This document shows, piece by piece, positions 1 to 10,900 of a stretch of 64,000 nucleotides of DNA. Source of the DNA: Acidobacteriota bacterium (GTDB lineage: Bacteria > Acidobacteriota > Thermoanaerobaculia > Multivoradales > UBA5704). The stretch spans positions 32,001 to 96,000 of the forward strand of contig JBDTZG010000009.1 of the NCBI GenBank assembly GCA_040005235.1. The letters run 5' to 3'. The notes under the pieces were generated by a model. The model ran no database searches. It was given only the letters and a program-made list of their open reading frames with translations, and was not told the DNA's origin. A program made the translations under genes and the position numbers. Numbering within the stretch: position 1 is the first letter of the stretch; each line of letters opens with the position of its first letter.

Positions 1-3000
1 ACCCGCGACATCAACTGGGTGGCGAGCAGCGAGTGCCCCCCTAGATCGAAAAAGCTCTGGTCGATCCCGACGCGCTCGACCCCGAGCAGGTCCGACCACA
101 GGCTCACCAGCACCTCCTCGAACGGTGTCCGGGGGAGGGCAACCGCCGCACCCCCTCCACCGGAAACCTCCTCCGGAGCCGGCAGCGCAGCGCGGTCGGT
201 CTTGCCGTTGCGGGTGAGCGGCAACTCGCGCAGCACCACGATCGCCGCGGGCACCATGTAATCGGGCAGCCGGCCACGGACCTGTTCGCGCAGCTCGGCG
301 CCGGTCGGCGGCGCTTTGGAATCGGAACGAGATGCCTGCTCGGTCCGCACGTCGGCTCGTGGGCTCGGCACGAAGGCGAGACCCCGGCGATGGGCGTACA
401 GATTGAAACGATCGGTGCCGACCAGCAGCTCGTCCTGCTCCACCGTCACCTCGAAACCCCTGGCTTCGAGGAAGCGACGCAGCTCTTTGCTACGCCCCTC
501 GCTCTCGCTGCCGGCTTCGTCGTGGACCTCCATCACCACCTGGGCCACCTTCGGCCAGTCCGTTTCCGCGAGCCCGGCCAGCACATCCATCTCCGCCCGC
601 TGGACGTCGATCTTTAGCAGGTCGATCCGCTCGACACCCTCTTCCTCGATGACGTCGGACAGCCTGCGCAGGCGGCATTCGATCTCCTCTCCGGCGAACC
701 GACCGGCGAGCAGGTCGTCCGCCTCGGCCAAGAGTGCGGTGGCGTGCGCAGAGCCCTTTTGCTCCTCGTTTCGCAGAAAGCGCTTGACCACCTCGACCTC
801 GTCCTCAGGCACCGCGTAGCCCGCGAGCCCGGACATCATCGAGTAGCGCGGGTAGTAGGTGAACCGCGCCGACTCCTCGCGCCGCGAAAGACCATGGCGA
901 AACAGACGAAACTCGATGCCCGCCGACGCGAGGTTCGCGCTCAAGGTCTCGAAGATCGGCCCGATCGGCTCGAAGGCGAACACCCGGGCACCGCGGCTGC
1001 GCTCGGCGACGAACAGCGAGAACATCCCGATGTTGGCTCCCACGTCGAAGACGCAGGCGTTCTCCGGCAATACGATGCCGTGCCGGACGTAGGTATCCTT
1101 CTCGAAGATCTCCTGGTACAGATATTCGGTCTCGTTTCGGTTCTGGTGAGCGACCCACAGGCCGTTCGGCAAGCGATGGCGCGGGCGGCCGGACGGAAGG
1201 CGCCGGCCCTCGCGGACCACCACGTAACCCACCAGGCGCTTCTCGCCGGACGCCTCGTCGCGCAGCACCACCACGGACTGATCCACCCCGGGACAGGCCG
1301 CAAGAGCCGCCTCGACCTCGCCGAGCTCGATCCGGAAACCGCGGATCTTGACCTGGTGGTCGGTTCGCCCGAGAAACTCCAGGTTGCCGTCGGGCAGATA
1401 GCGAACCAGATCGCCGGTGCGGTACAAGCGTTCCCCGGGGGCGGCACCGAACGAATCGGGAACGAATTTCTCGGCGGTCTGGCTCGGCCGGCCCAGGTAG
1501 CCGCGGGCGACTCCATCTCCCCCGACCCAGAGCTCTCCCGGCGCCTCATCGAGCGCGAGCGATCGGTCCGGAGTCACGACATAGAGGCGGACGTTGCCGA
1601 TCGCGCGGCCGATCGAAGGGTGAAGCGGCGCGCCGTCGATCCGGCAGACCGCGGCGTCGACGGTGCATTCGGTCGGGCCGTAGACATTGAAAAAAGGCTG
1701 GCCGGCCACCGCCGCAAGCTCGGCCCACAGGGCGGCGTCGATCGCCTCGCCGCCCACCAGGTAGCGGCGCGGCAGCGTCGGCGGCGCCGGGATCGAGAAG
1801 AGGCCGGCGGCGGCGAGCAACCGCAGCTGGGACGGCGTGCAGTCCAGGACATCGATCCTTTGCTCGGCGACGAAGCGCAGCAGCTCTTCGCCATCCGGCC
1901 GGACGTCATCCGGCACCAGGACCAGGCAGCGGCCGAACGTGAGCTGGACCCACTGTTTGACCGAAGCATCGAAGGTCAAAGGGGCGTTGACGCTCACCCT
2001 CAAAGCCTCGTCGCCCAGACCCGCATACACCGACCGCGCGAGCGCCCGCGAAAGGTTGACCACCGAGCGGTGGCGGATCATGACCCCTTTGGGGCGGCCC
2101 GTCGAACCCGAAGTGTAGAGCGCATAGGCGGCGTTTTCCGGCACCGCCAAAGCGGCCGGATCGCCGTCGGCCCAGGCACCGAGATCGGCACCCGGGGGGG
2201 TCTCCCCGTCGAGGACGAGCCATCGTGCGCGGCTCTCGGACGCCCGCGTCCCGAGCGCCGTCTGGGTCAAGACGATCGTCGCACCGGCGTCTGCCACCAT
2301 CGATTCCAGGCGCCCGCCGGGCTGGGAGGGATCGAGCGGCAGGTAGGCCCCTCCCGCTTTCAGGATGCCCAGGACCGCGACGATCTGGTCCACCGAACGC
2401 TCCAGGCAGAGGCCGACGAAGGATTCCGGCCCGACCCCGAGCGCCCGCAGCGCGTGCGCCAACCGGTTCGCTCGCCGGTTCAGCGCGCCGAAGCTCAAGC
2501 TCTCCCCTAGGAATGAGACCGCCGGAGCTTCCGGATGGAAAGCGGCGGCCGCCTCGAAAAGACTATGAACGCACGTCTCTCGCGGGTAATCGGCCGCCGT
2601 GGCGTTGCGCTCCTCAACGAGGAGTCTCCGCTCCGCCCTCGGCATGATCTCCAAGTCCCCCACCGCTCGGAGCGGATCCGCGGCCACGCTTGCGAGCAGC
2701 GTCTCGAAACGCTCCAGCAGCCGTTTCATCGCGCTCTGCCGATAGACCGCCGGGGCGTAGTGGAGGGTGAGCTCCAGCCCCTCGGGCGTGCGCTCTGCCG
2801 CGAGACGGAGTTTCATCGGCTCCAACTGCGACCGCCGGTGGCGAAGGGCAAAGCGGAGGTCCCCGACCCGGTGCTCCGCGCCGGCCGCACCCCGAAACTC
2901 GAATCCGACCGGAGACGCAGCCGGGGCTCCGGCGGCTTCCGACTGCCCGGCCCAAGAGAAGAAATCCTGGCGCGCGCAAGCGCTCGCGTCCGCCTCTCCG

Positions 3001-3914
3001 ATCAGGCTCACGGCTTCGGCGAAGGGAAAGTGCGGCTCCGGCGCGAAGCGCAGGGGAAGGTATTTCTCGAACAGCCCCAAGGCACCTTGCAGCGGCTCGA
3101 CGTTGCGCCCATCGGCCAGCCGCCAAACGGTGACCGGCACCCCGCCGCCGACGCGCCAAAGCAAGAGGCCCCAACCGGCGAGCAGGGTGACCGGCAAGGA
3201 CGCCGGTCGATCGAGCTTCGCGGCGAGGCCCTTGGGCAGCAGCACCGTGAACGCCCGGGTCTCGCCGCGGTCTCCCCCCGCCGCTCCCTCGAACGGGAGG
3301 CGGACCTCGGGGAATCCCGCCAGCGCCTCGCGCCGCCAGAACTCGCGTTCCTCAATGCCGTCGGGAGAGTCTAGAAGCTCGTTTTGCCACTCCGAAAAAT
3401 CGACGTACTGCACCACTTCCTCGTCGAAGTCGCCGCCGTCGAGCAAGGCGCCGTAGCAACGCGCGAGGTCCTGCGTCAGGATGTCGAGACTCCGAGCGTC
3501 GGCGCACAGGGCCGGCAGCGTGATCAACAGCAGATTTCGATCCGCGGCGAGCGGCGCGCAGGCGAAGCGAACGAGCGGCCCGCGCTCGAAGTCGAAAGGC
3601 TGCCGCCGCTCCTCTTCGAGCAGGGCACCGATCTCTCCGGGATCGACGTCGCGAACCTCCAGAGCGGCCTGCTCGCCGATCACCTGCACCGGAAGGTCCA
3701 TCCCGGGCAGGCGCTGAAAACTGGCGCGCAGGATCTCGTGGCGCTCCGCCATGTTCCGGACCGCCCTGGCCAGCAGCCCGCGGTCGAGCGGCCCGTCGAT
3801 CGCCAAGGCCCCCTGAACGCACAGGCCGGCGGTGCCTCCCGGCAACAGCCAGAGCCGTCTCTGCTGCGGCGACAGCCGAAACCCCTCGATCACCAGCTGC
3901 GTCGGCTCGCTCAT
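1..3914 (-). CDS. NRPS, partial (continues past the left edge): interface (I) domain - A domain (Glu code) interrupted by FkbM-type methyltransferase - T domain
   Basis: Missing from the ORF track because there is no stop in the window; translated by hand. ATG at 3914 overlaps the TGA of the dioxygenase. N-terminus [22 protein letters not shown]; C-family active site replaced by LPALCAD; A motifs [29 protein letters not shown] (code DAKDLGVVD); MT motif [18 protein letters not shown] at about 385-1180; T motif [11 protein letters not shown] at about 20-60. Confidence 0.93.
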   Translation of the reverse strand, partial: MSEPTQLVIEGFRLSPQQRRLWLLPGGTAGLCVQGALAIDGPLDRGLLARAVRNMAERHEILRASFQRLPGMDLPVQVIGEQAALEVRDVDPGEIGALLEEERRQPFDFERGPLVRFACAPLAADRNLLLITLPALCADARSLDILTQDLARCYGALLDGGDFDEEVVQYVDFSEWQNELLDSPDGIEEREFWRREALAGFPEVRLPFEGAAGGDRGETRAFTVLLPKGLAAKLDRPASLPVTLLAGWGLLLWRVGGGVPVTVWRLADGRNVEPLQGALGLFEKYLPLRFAPEPHFPFAEAVSLIGEADASACARQDFFSWAGQSEAAGAPAASPVGFEFRGAAGAEHRVGDLRFALRHRRSQLEPMKLRLAAERTPEGLELTLHYAPAVYRQSAMKRLLERFETLLASVAADPLRAVGDLEIMPRAERRLLVEERNATAADYPRETCVHSLFEAAAAFHPEAPAVSFLGESLSFGALNRRANRLAHALRALGVGPESFVGLCLERSVDQIVAVLGILKAGGAYLPLDPSQPGGRLESMVADAGATIVLTQTALGTRASESRARWLVLDGETPPGADLGAWADGDPAALAVPENAAYALYTSGSTGRPKGVMIRHRSVVNLSRALARSVYAGLGDEALRVSVNAPLTFDASVKQWVQLTFGRCLVLVPDDVRPDGEELLRFVAEQRIDVLDCTPSQLRLLAAAGLFSIPAPPTLPRRYLVGGEAIDAALWAELAAVAGQPFFNVYGPTECTVDAAVCRIDGAPLHPSIGRAIGNVRLYVVTPDRSLALDEAPGELWVGGDGVARGYLGRPSQTAEKFVPDSFGAAPGERLYRTGDLVRYLPDGNLEFLGRTDHQVKIRGFRIELGEVEAALAACPGVDQSVVVLRDEASGEKRLVGYVVVREGRRLPSGRPRHRLPNGLWVAHQNRNETEYLYQEIFEKDTYVRHGIVLPENACVFDVGANIGMFSLFVAERSRGARVFAFEPIGPIFETLSANLASAGIEFRLFRHGLSRREESARFTYYPRYSMMSGLAGYAVPEDEVEVVKRFLRNEEQKGSAHATALLAEADDLLAGRFAGEEIECRLRRLSDVIEEEGVERIDLLKIDVQRAEMDVLAGLAETDWPKVAQVVMEVHDEAGSESEGRSKELRRFLEARGFEVTVEQDELLVGTDRFNLYAHRRGLAFVPSPRADVRTEQASRSDSKAPPTGAELREQVRGRLPDYMVPAAIVVLRELPLTRNGKTDRAALPAPEEVSGGGGAAVALPRTPFEEVLVSLWSDLLGVERVGIDQSFFDLGGHSLLATQLMSR

Positions 3915-4954
3915 GCGCCCTTCTCGACGTCCTTCCAGGCGAACGGCTCAGCCATGCCGACCACGACCTTGCGCGCGCCGGTAAAGGAGCTGCGCCCGTG
4001 CGCGACGAGCATGTTGTCGAGCAACAGCAGGTCGCCCCGCTCCCAAAGGAAGCTCACCGTCTCCGCCTCGTAAATGGCGCGCAGCTCGTCGAGAACGTCC
4101 GTTTCGATCGGCGTTCCATCGCCGTAGTAGGTGTTGTTGGGCAGATCCTCCTCCGCGTAGTTGCTCCGCATCGAATCGCGCAGATCCGGCGCCAGCGTGG
4201 TGACATGGAAGAAGGTCAGGTGGTTGAACCACGAGAAATCGCCGGAGCGCGGATGGCGGCCCCCGACCGAGCGCCGCTGGCGGGTGCACAGCCGCCCTTG
4301 GCCTTTCCACTCGAAATCGATTTCATGGTCGCGGCAGTACTGCTCGACGGTCCCCTCGTCCTCGGTGCGAAAGGCCTCCTGCCAGGAGAGCCCCAGGCCG
4401 TGCCCGAAATTCCGGGCGTAGAGGTAGCCCTTCTCCTGGAACGCCCGCCGGATCGCCGGGTCGATCTTCTGGAAGACCCGCCGACAATCGGCGATCGGCG
4501 TTTCGCCGCCGGTCTCTGCCGCGGTCAGGCAAAAGAAGGCGATGCGCAGCGGAAAGACCAGGTTGTAGGACTGCTCGTTGTGCAGGAAGATAGGATGCTC
4601 CGGCGGGTAGTCGGTCGAGGTGTAGACCTTGCCGCTCACCTGGCTGCGGGGAGACGACCGCTCCGTGTAGTCGAGAGCGCTGCCGTAGAGCGATCGCAAA
4701 ACTTCCTCGAACGCCTCGACCGAGGCGAGCGGGAAGCCGCGGAACAGGATCGCACCGTTCTTGAGCAGCGCCTGCTCGATGAAATCCCGGTTGGAGGCGG
4801 CCCACGAGACCAGGTTCAATCCCTCGGCTCGTGGTCGGATCACCAACGGGAAATCGCGTTCGCCGCCCAGGTTGCCGGTCTGGATCAGCTCGTCTTCCGA
4901 CAGGCGGACGGGCTGCCTCTTGCCGGAGCGGAATTTGTCGAAGCTCGTGGTCAT
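3911..4954 (-). CDS. TauD/SyrP-like Fe(II)/2-oxoglutarate dioxygenase (putative aminoacyl-S-PCP beta-hydroxylase)
   Basis: 347 aa; [14 protein letters not shown] (HxE facial triad), [15 protein letters not shown]; translationally coupled to the NRPS genes on both sides. Confidence 0.9.
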   Translation of the reverse strand: MTTSFDKFRSGKRQPVRLSEDELIQTGNLGGERDFPLVIRPRAEGLNLVSWAASNRDFIEQALLKNGAILFRGFPLASVEAFEEVLRSLYGSALDYTERSSPRSQVSGKVYTSTDYPPEHPIFLHNEQSYNLVFPLRIAFFCLTAAETGGETPIADCRRVFQKIDPAIRRAFQEKGYLYARNFGHGLGLSWQEAFRTEDEGTVEQYCRDHEIDFEWKGQGRLCTRQRRSVGGRHPRSGDFSWFNHLTFFHVTTLAPDLRDSMRSNYAEEDLPNNTYYGDGTPIETDVLDELRAIYEAETVSFLWERGDLLLLDNMLVAHGRSSFTGARKVVVGMAEPFAWKDVEKGA

Positions 4955-7900
4955 TGTTCGGGTTCCTCTCGACCGGCCGGCCGTGCCTCCACGGCGGGAG
5001 TCGCGCGCTTGGGTTTAAATCGATCCATCTTTTCCGCTTCCCGCCGCTTCTCCTCGGCCCCCTGCTCGGCGCGCTCGGCGGCGGTCCGCGTTTCGAGCGA
5101 GGAGAGCCGGGCGTCGGGCCGCTCTACGGCGTCACTAAGTAGTGCCTCGAACCGCCGTTCGAGCGACTCGATCGAAGCGAGATCGAAAAGCTCCGACCGC
5201 CAGGTCCAATCGAGGGTCAAGCCGAGATCGGCCTCACGGACCCAGACGGTGAGGTCGAAGCGCGCCGTCTCGGGCTCCGGCTCCAGCATCGTCAACCGCA
5301 GGCCGGGGAGCGCCAGGTCCTCCAGCGGCACGTTGTTCAAGCTGAACGCGATCCGCAGGAAAGGTGTCTGCAGCAGCTCCCGCCCCGGCCGCAGCTCTTG
5401 CACCAGCAGGTCGAAAGGGAGTTCTTGATGAGCGTAGGCGCCGAGCGCCGTGGTCCGAGCCCGGGCGAGCAGCTCGCGAAATTTCGGGTTTCCCGACAGA
5501 TCGGTGCGCATCGCCAACAGATTGACGAAGAAGCCGATCAAACCTTCCGTCTCCAGCCGATCGCGCCCGGCCGTTGCGGTTCCCACCACGACGTCCTCCA
5601 CCCCGGTCAGACGAGACAGAAGCGCCTGAAACCCCGCGAGGAGCGTCATGAACAGGGTGACGCCCTCGGTCCGGCTCAGGTCGCGGAGCCGGGCGGCGAG
5701 ATCCTCCGGCAGGACGAACGATCGACGCACCCCAACCTTCTCCGGCGTCTCCGTCGTCTCCGTCGGCCGCGGAAGGACCGCCGCCAGATCGATCACCGGC
5801 GGATCTCCCGCCAGCTGCTGTTTCCAGTAGAGCAGCTGGGCGGAGAGGGCCGCTCCCTGCAGCCATTCGCGCTGCCACGATGCGTAGTCCGCGTATTGGA
5901 TCGGAGGCTCTCCCAGCGGCGAGGGCAGCCCTTGGGAGAACGCCTCGTACAGGGCGGCCACCTCGCGGATGAAGACCCCGCTCGACCAGGCGTCGGTGAC
6001 GATGTGATGCAGGGTGAAGAGCAGCACGTGCTCTTGCCCGCCGAGGCGCAGCAGGCGGCATCTGAGCAACGGCCCGCGGCTCAGGTCGAAGATCCGCCGC
6101 GCCCCGTCGTCGAACGAGCGCCGCACTTCGCTCTCGCCTGAGCCGGCAGGAAGACTCGCGAGATCGACCACCGGCACGCACAGCGCCGCTGCAGGGGCGA
6201 TCCGCTGCACCGGCCTGCCGTCGATCTCCGGGAAACGGGTGCGCAGCACCTCGTGCCTTCGCACGACCTCACCGAGCGTTCGTGCCACCACCGGGAGGTC
6301 GAGGCGGCCGACCAGACGCAGGGCGCTCGGCGAGTTGTAGGCGGCCGAAGGATCGAGCCGGTCCACCAGCCAGAGGCGTTGCTGGGCGAACGAGAGCGGG
6401 AGATCTCGATCCCGCGCCGCGGGACGGATGGGAGGAGCCTCGGCCACCGCGGCGGCGATCCGCGACTCCAGATGGCTCGCGAGCTTGGCCACCGTCGGGT
6501 GATCCAGGAGGTCGCCGGGCATCAGCTCCGATCCGAGAGCCTTGCGGATGCGGGCGACCAGGCGCACCGCATGCATCGAGTGCCCGCCCAGCTCGAAGAA
6601 GTTGTCGTCGATGCCGATCTCCGGACGCTTCAACAAATCGCGCCATAGGCCGACCAGGGTCCGCTCCAGATCGGTTCGCGGCTCGGCCACCCCTGCCGCT
6701 TCGACCGCTTCGACCGCTCCGACGCCAACTGCGGCGGACGTCCAAGACTTGAGGATCTTGCGATCGACCTTGCCGTTTGCCGTGAGCGGCAGAGACTCGA
6801 CCCCGACGACGCTCGAAGGGACCATGTGCTCCGGCAGATCGAGACGGAGGAAGTCGCGGAGCTTCCCCGGCAACGCTTCAAGGTCGATCCCCGGCCGGGC
6901 GACGACGAAAGCCGCGAGGCTGGCATCGGCCCCTTCGTCGCGCACCACGACCGCCACCTCCAGAAGCGCCGGGTGGCGAACCAGTACCGCTTCGATCTCC
7001 CCCAGCTCGATCCGGAACCCTCGAACCTTCACCTGGGTATCGAAACGTCCGAGAAAATCCAACACGCCGTCCGGCCGACGGCGCGCCAGGTCTCCGGTCC
7101 GGTACAACCGCGCTCCGGGCTGCCGACCGTGAGGGTGAGGAACGAAGGCGGCGGCGGTCAAAGCCGGCCGCCCGAGATAGCCGCGGGCGAGACCCTCGCC
7201 GCCGACCGCAAGCTCGCCGGCGATACCCACCGGGGCTAGACCTCCGCCGGGCTCCAGCACGTACAGCTCGGTCCGGTCGATCGGACGGCCGATCGGTACC
7301 GGACCCGCCAGTGCATCGTCCCCCGGGATCTCATGGACCGCACAGCCGACCACCGTCTCGGTGGGACCGTATTCGTTGATCAGGCGGGTCTCCGGCGCGT
7401 CGCGTCGCCATTCCGCGAGGCTGCCTCCGTGCAGCGCCTCGCCGCCGACGATCAGCACGCGCGTGGCGCCGGCCCGTTCGTCACCCCCGAGCTGTTGCCG
7501 GAGCACGTCCAAGTGGGCCGGGGTGAGCTTGACCAGGCCGAAGTCGGGTTTGCCAAGGAAGACCTTCGCCAGCTCGCCGCCGACGGGTGATCCGGCGAGC
7601 AGCGTGACCGGCCGGCCGGCGAGCAGCGGCAAAAGAAGGCTGGTGAGCGTGAGATCGAAACCGATCGGCGAATAGGCCGGAGCGCCGGCACCTTCCGCCG
7701 CCCGGTAGGCTTCGCCCGCCCAGCGCAGATAGTTGTCGAGGCCGCGCCGGGGGATCATCACCCCCTTCGGCCGCCCGGTCGATCCGGAGGTGTAGAGGAC
7801 GTACGCGAGATGCTCGCCCGCGTCGGCAGCGTCCACCCGTTCGGCAGCCACGGGCAAGCCGGCGATCCGGTCCCAATCCGCATCGAGGCACAACAGCTGT

Positions 7901-10900
7901 GGAGCGGTCGTGCCCCCCTGCGGCAGTCGGCTCGCGAGCCGTTCGTTGGTCAACAGCCAGGCGGCGCCGCTGTCCGTGATCATGTAGGCCAGCCGTTCGG
8001 CGGGGTAGTCCGGTTCGAGCGGCACGAACGAGGCTCCCGCTCCGAGGATGCCGAAGAGCGCGACGAGCAGCTCCGGCGTCCGTTCGAAGAAGACACCGAC
8101 CCTCGCCTCGGGACCGACGCCCTGGGCTCGCAGGTAAGAGGCCAGGCGCACGGCGCGAGAGTGAAGCTCGGCGAACGACATCCGCCGATTCTCGAAAATG
8201 AGGGCGACCGCCGCGGGATCGGCGGCGGCCACGGCGCTCAGCCGCGCGAGCAGGGTGCCCGCGGTCGCCGGGCCGGGACGCGAGGTGTCGTTCCACTCCG
8301 ATCGCAGCTGGTGCAGCTCGGCTCCCCGCGCCAGAGGCAGCTCCGAAATCCGCCGGCCGGGGTCGGCGCCGATCTGCCGGAGAAGGTTTCCGAAGTGCGT
8401 CAACAGGCGCAGGATCGTGGTCCGGTCGAACAGATCGGTGGCGTATTCGAGCGCACACGTCAAGGCGCCGTACGAGTCCTCGACCAGTGCCAGGTGCAGG
8501 TCGAATTTGGCCGTCCCGGTCGCAACCTCGATCGGCTCCAGGGTCAGACCCGGAAGCTGAATCGCGAAAGCCGGCACGTTTTGCAGCGCCAGCCAGGCGC
8601 TGAACAGGGGCGACGGGCTTGCCACGCCCTCCGGCTGCAGCTCCTCCACCAGCTTTTCAAACGGCAGGTCCGGATGGGCATACGCCGCCAATGCCGCCTC
8701 GCGTGTCCGCCGCAGCTGCTCATGGAAGCTGGGGTTCCCGACAAGGTCGGCCCGAAACACCAGGGTATTGACGAAGAATCCGATCAGCGGCTCGATCTCG
8801 GGCCGGTTGCGGCCGGCGATCGGCGAACCGACCGTCAAATCCTCCTGCCCGGTGTAACGGTAGAGCAGAGTCTGGAAGCCGGCGAGCAGAACCATGAACA
8901 GGGTTGCCCGGTCCGCGCGGGTGAGCGCATATAGAGCCGCCACCGCCGCGGGCTCCAACCGGGCGACTTCGGTCGCGCCGCGCATCGTTCGGCCCGGCGG
9001 GCGCGGCCGGTCGATCGGCAGGTCGAGGGTCGATCGAGCCCCGGCCAGCCGGGAGCGCCAGAACCCGAGCATCGCTTCGAGGTTCTCGCCCGCGAGGCCG
9101 CGCCGCTGCCAGACCGCAAAGTCCGGATATTGAATCGGCAGATCGGGAAGGCGCGGCTTGGCGCCCGCCGCCAGGGCGCTGTAGATCTCGCCCAGCTCCC
9201 GGATCAGAATGCCGAACGACCACCCGTCGCTCACGATGTGGTGCATCGACGCCGAGAGGACATGCTCGCGTTCGCCGAGGCGAAGCAGCGAGAGCCGCAG
9301 CAGCGGCCCCTGGCGCAGGTCGAAGCTCCAACTGCTCGCCTCGGTCCACCGGCGAGCCCCCTCCCGCTCCCTTTCGCGCCGCGCCAGGCGGGCCAGGTCG
9401 ATCAGCGGCAACGCCATCGGCGCGGCCTGCTCGACCACCTGGATCGGCGTCTCGCGCCCCGCGTGGAACGTGGTGCGCAGCGATTCGTGGCGGGCGACGA
9501 TCGCGGTGAAGCTGTCGCGCAGCGCGGCGACGTTCAACGCTCCCGTCAACCGGAACGCCCCGGGGATGACATAAGCCAGGTTGCCCGGGTCCATCTGGTC
9601 GAGCAGCCAGAGCCGCTGCTGCGGAAACGACAGCGGCAGCTCACCGTCCCTCGGGCTCGCGACCAACGGCGGCAGCGGCAGGCCCTCCTGCACCCGCATC
9701 TCGTGCTCGACCCGCTGCGCGGTTTCGGCGATCGTCGGGCTTTCGAACAGCGTGCGCAGCGGCAGATCGACTCGAAACGTCTCCCGCAGCCGCGAGATCA
9801 CCTGGGTGAGGAGCAGCGAGTGCCCCCCCAGGAGGAAGAAGTTGCCATCCACCCGGATCCGCTCCAGGCCCAGAACCTCGCACCAGATGCCGGCGACTAG
9901 CTCTTCGACCGGCGTATAGGGCCGGTCGAAGCTCTCTTCGTCCGGCGGCGCGGCGTCCGGTTCCGGTAGGGCGGAGCGGTCGATCTTGCCGCTCGCGGTG
10001 CGCGGCAGAGCGTCGAGGAGCACGAAGGTGGAAGGAATCATCGGTGCCGGCAGCTTCTTGTCGAGAAATCCGCGTAGCGTCGTCGGGGTGGCCTCGCGCC
10101 GTTCCAGCAACCCGTTCTCGGCCGTTCGTCTGCCCGCGCGCCGTTCGAACCAGGCGGGGCGAACGGCGTAGACGTTGAACAGGCCGGCCCCCCGGAACCG
10201 GGCGTCCTCCTCGGCCACCACCGTGTAGCCCTGGTCCCGCAGCAGGGTCTCGACCGCCTCCAGCCGGCCGTCGGCCGCGTGCAGCTCGACGACGATCTGG
10301 CCGATCTTCGGCCAGTCCTCGGCGCGGATGCCGCAAAGAACGTCCAGCTCGCTTTTTTCGACGTCGATCTTGAGCAGGTCGATGCGGGCCAGCCCCTCCT
10401 CGACGAGGACGTCCGAGACGGTGCGCAGCGGGACCGAGAAGCTCTCGGCTTCGAACCGTCCGCTCAGCAGCTCGTCGGCATAGCGGGCGAGGTCGGCATC
10501 CTGGCTTTCCAGCGAGGCGCGCGCCACCCTCTCGTCCTCGGCCAGGTCGGCATACAGCCCGGACATCGCCGACCAGCGCGGATAGAAGGTGAAGACCGCT
10601 TCCCTCGGCGCGTCGGCCAGGCCGCAGTTGAACAGCTTGGCCTCCAGGCCGTACAAGCCGACGTTGCTCTCCAGGCGTTTGAAGACCGCGGGCACCGGCT
10701 CGAACGCGAACACCTTCGGGTTCTTGGCGCGCTGGTGCGCAAAAAGGGTGAACAGGCCGATGTTGGCTCCGACGTCGAACACGCAGTCGCCGTCGGCGAG
10801 ATTCACGCCGTGCCGCAGATAGACCTCGTCTTCGAAGATCTCCCGGAAGATGAGCACGGCTTCGTTGCGGTTGAGGTGGGCGATCTCCATGCCGTTCGGC

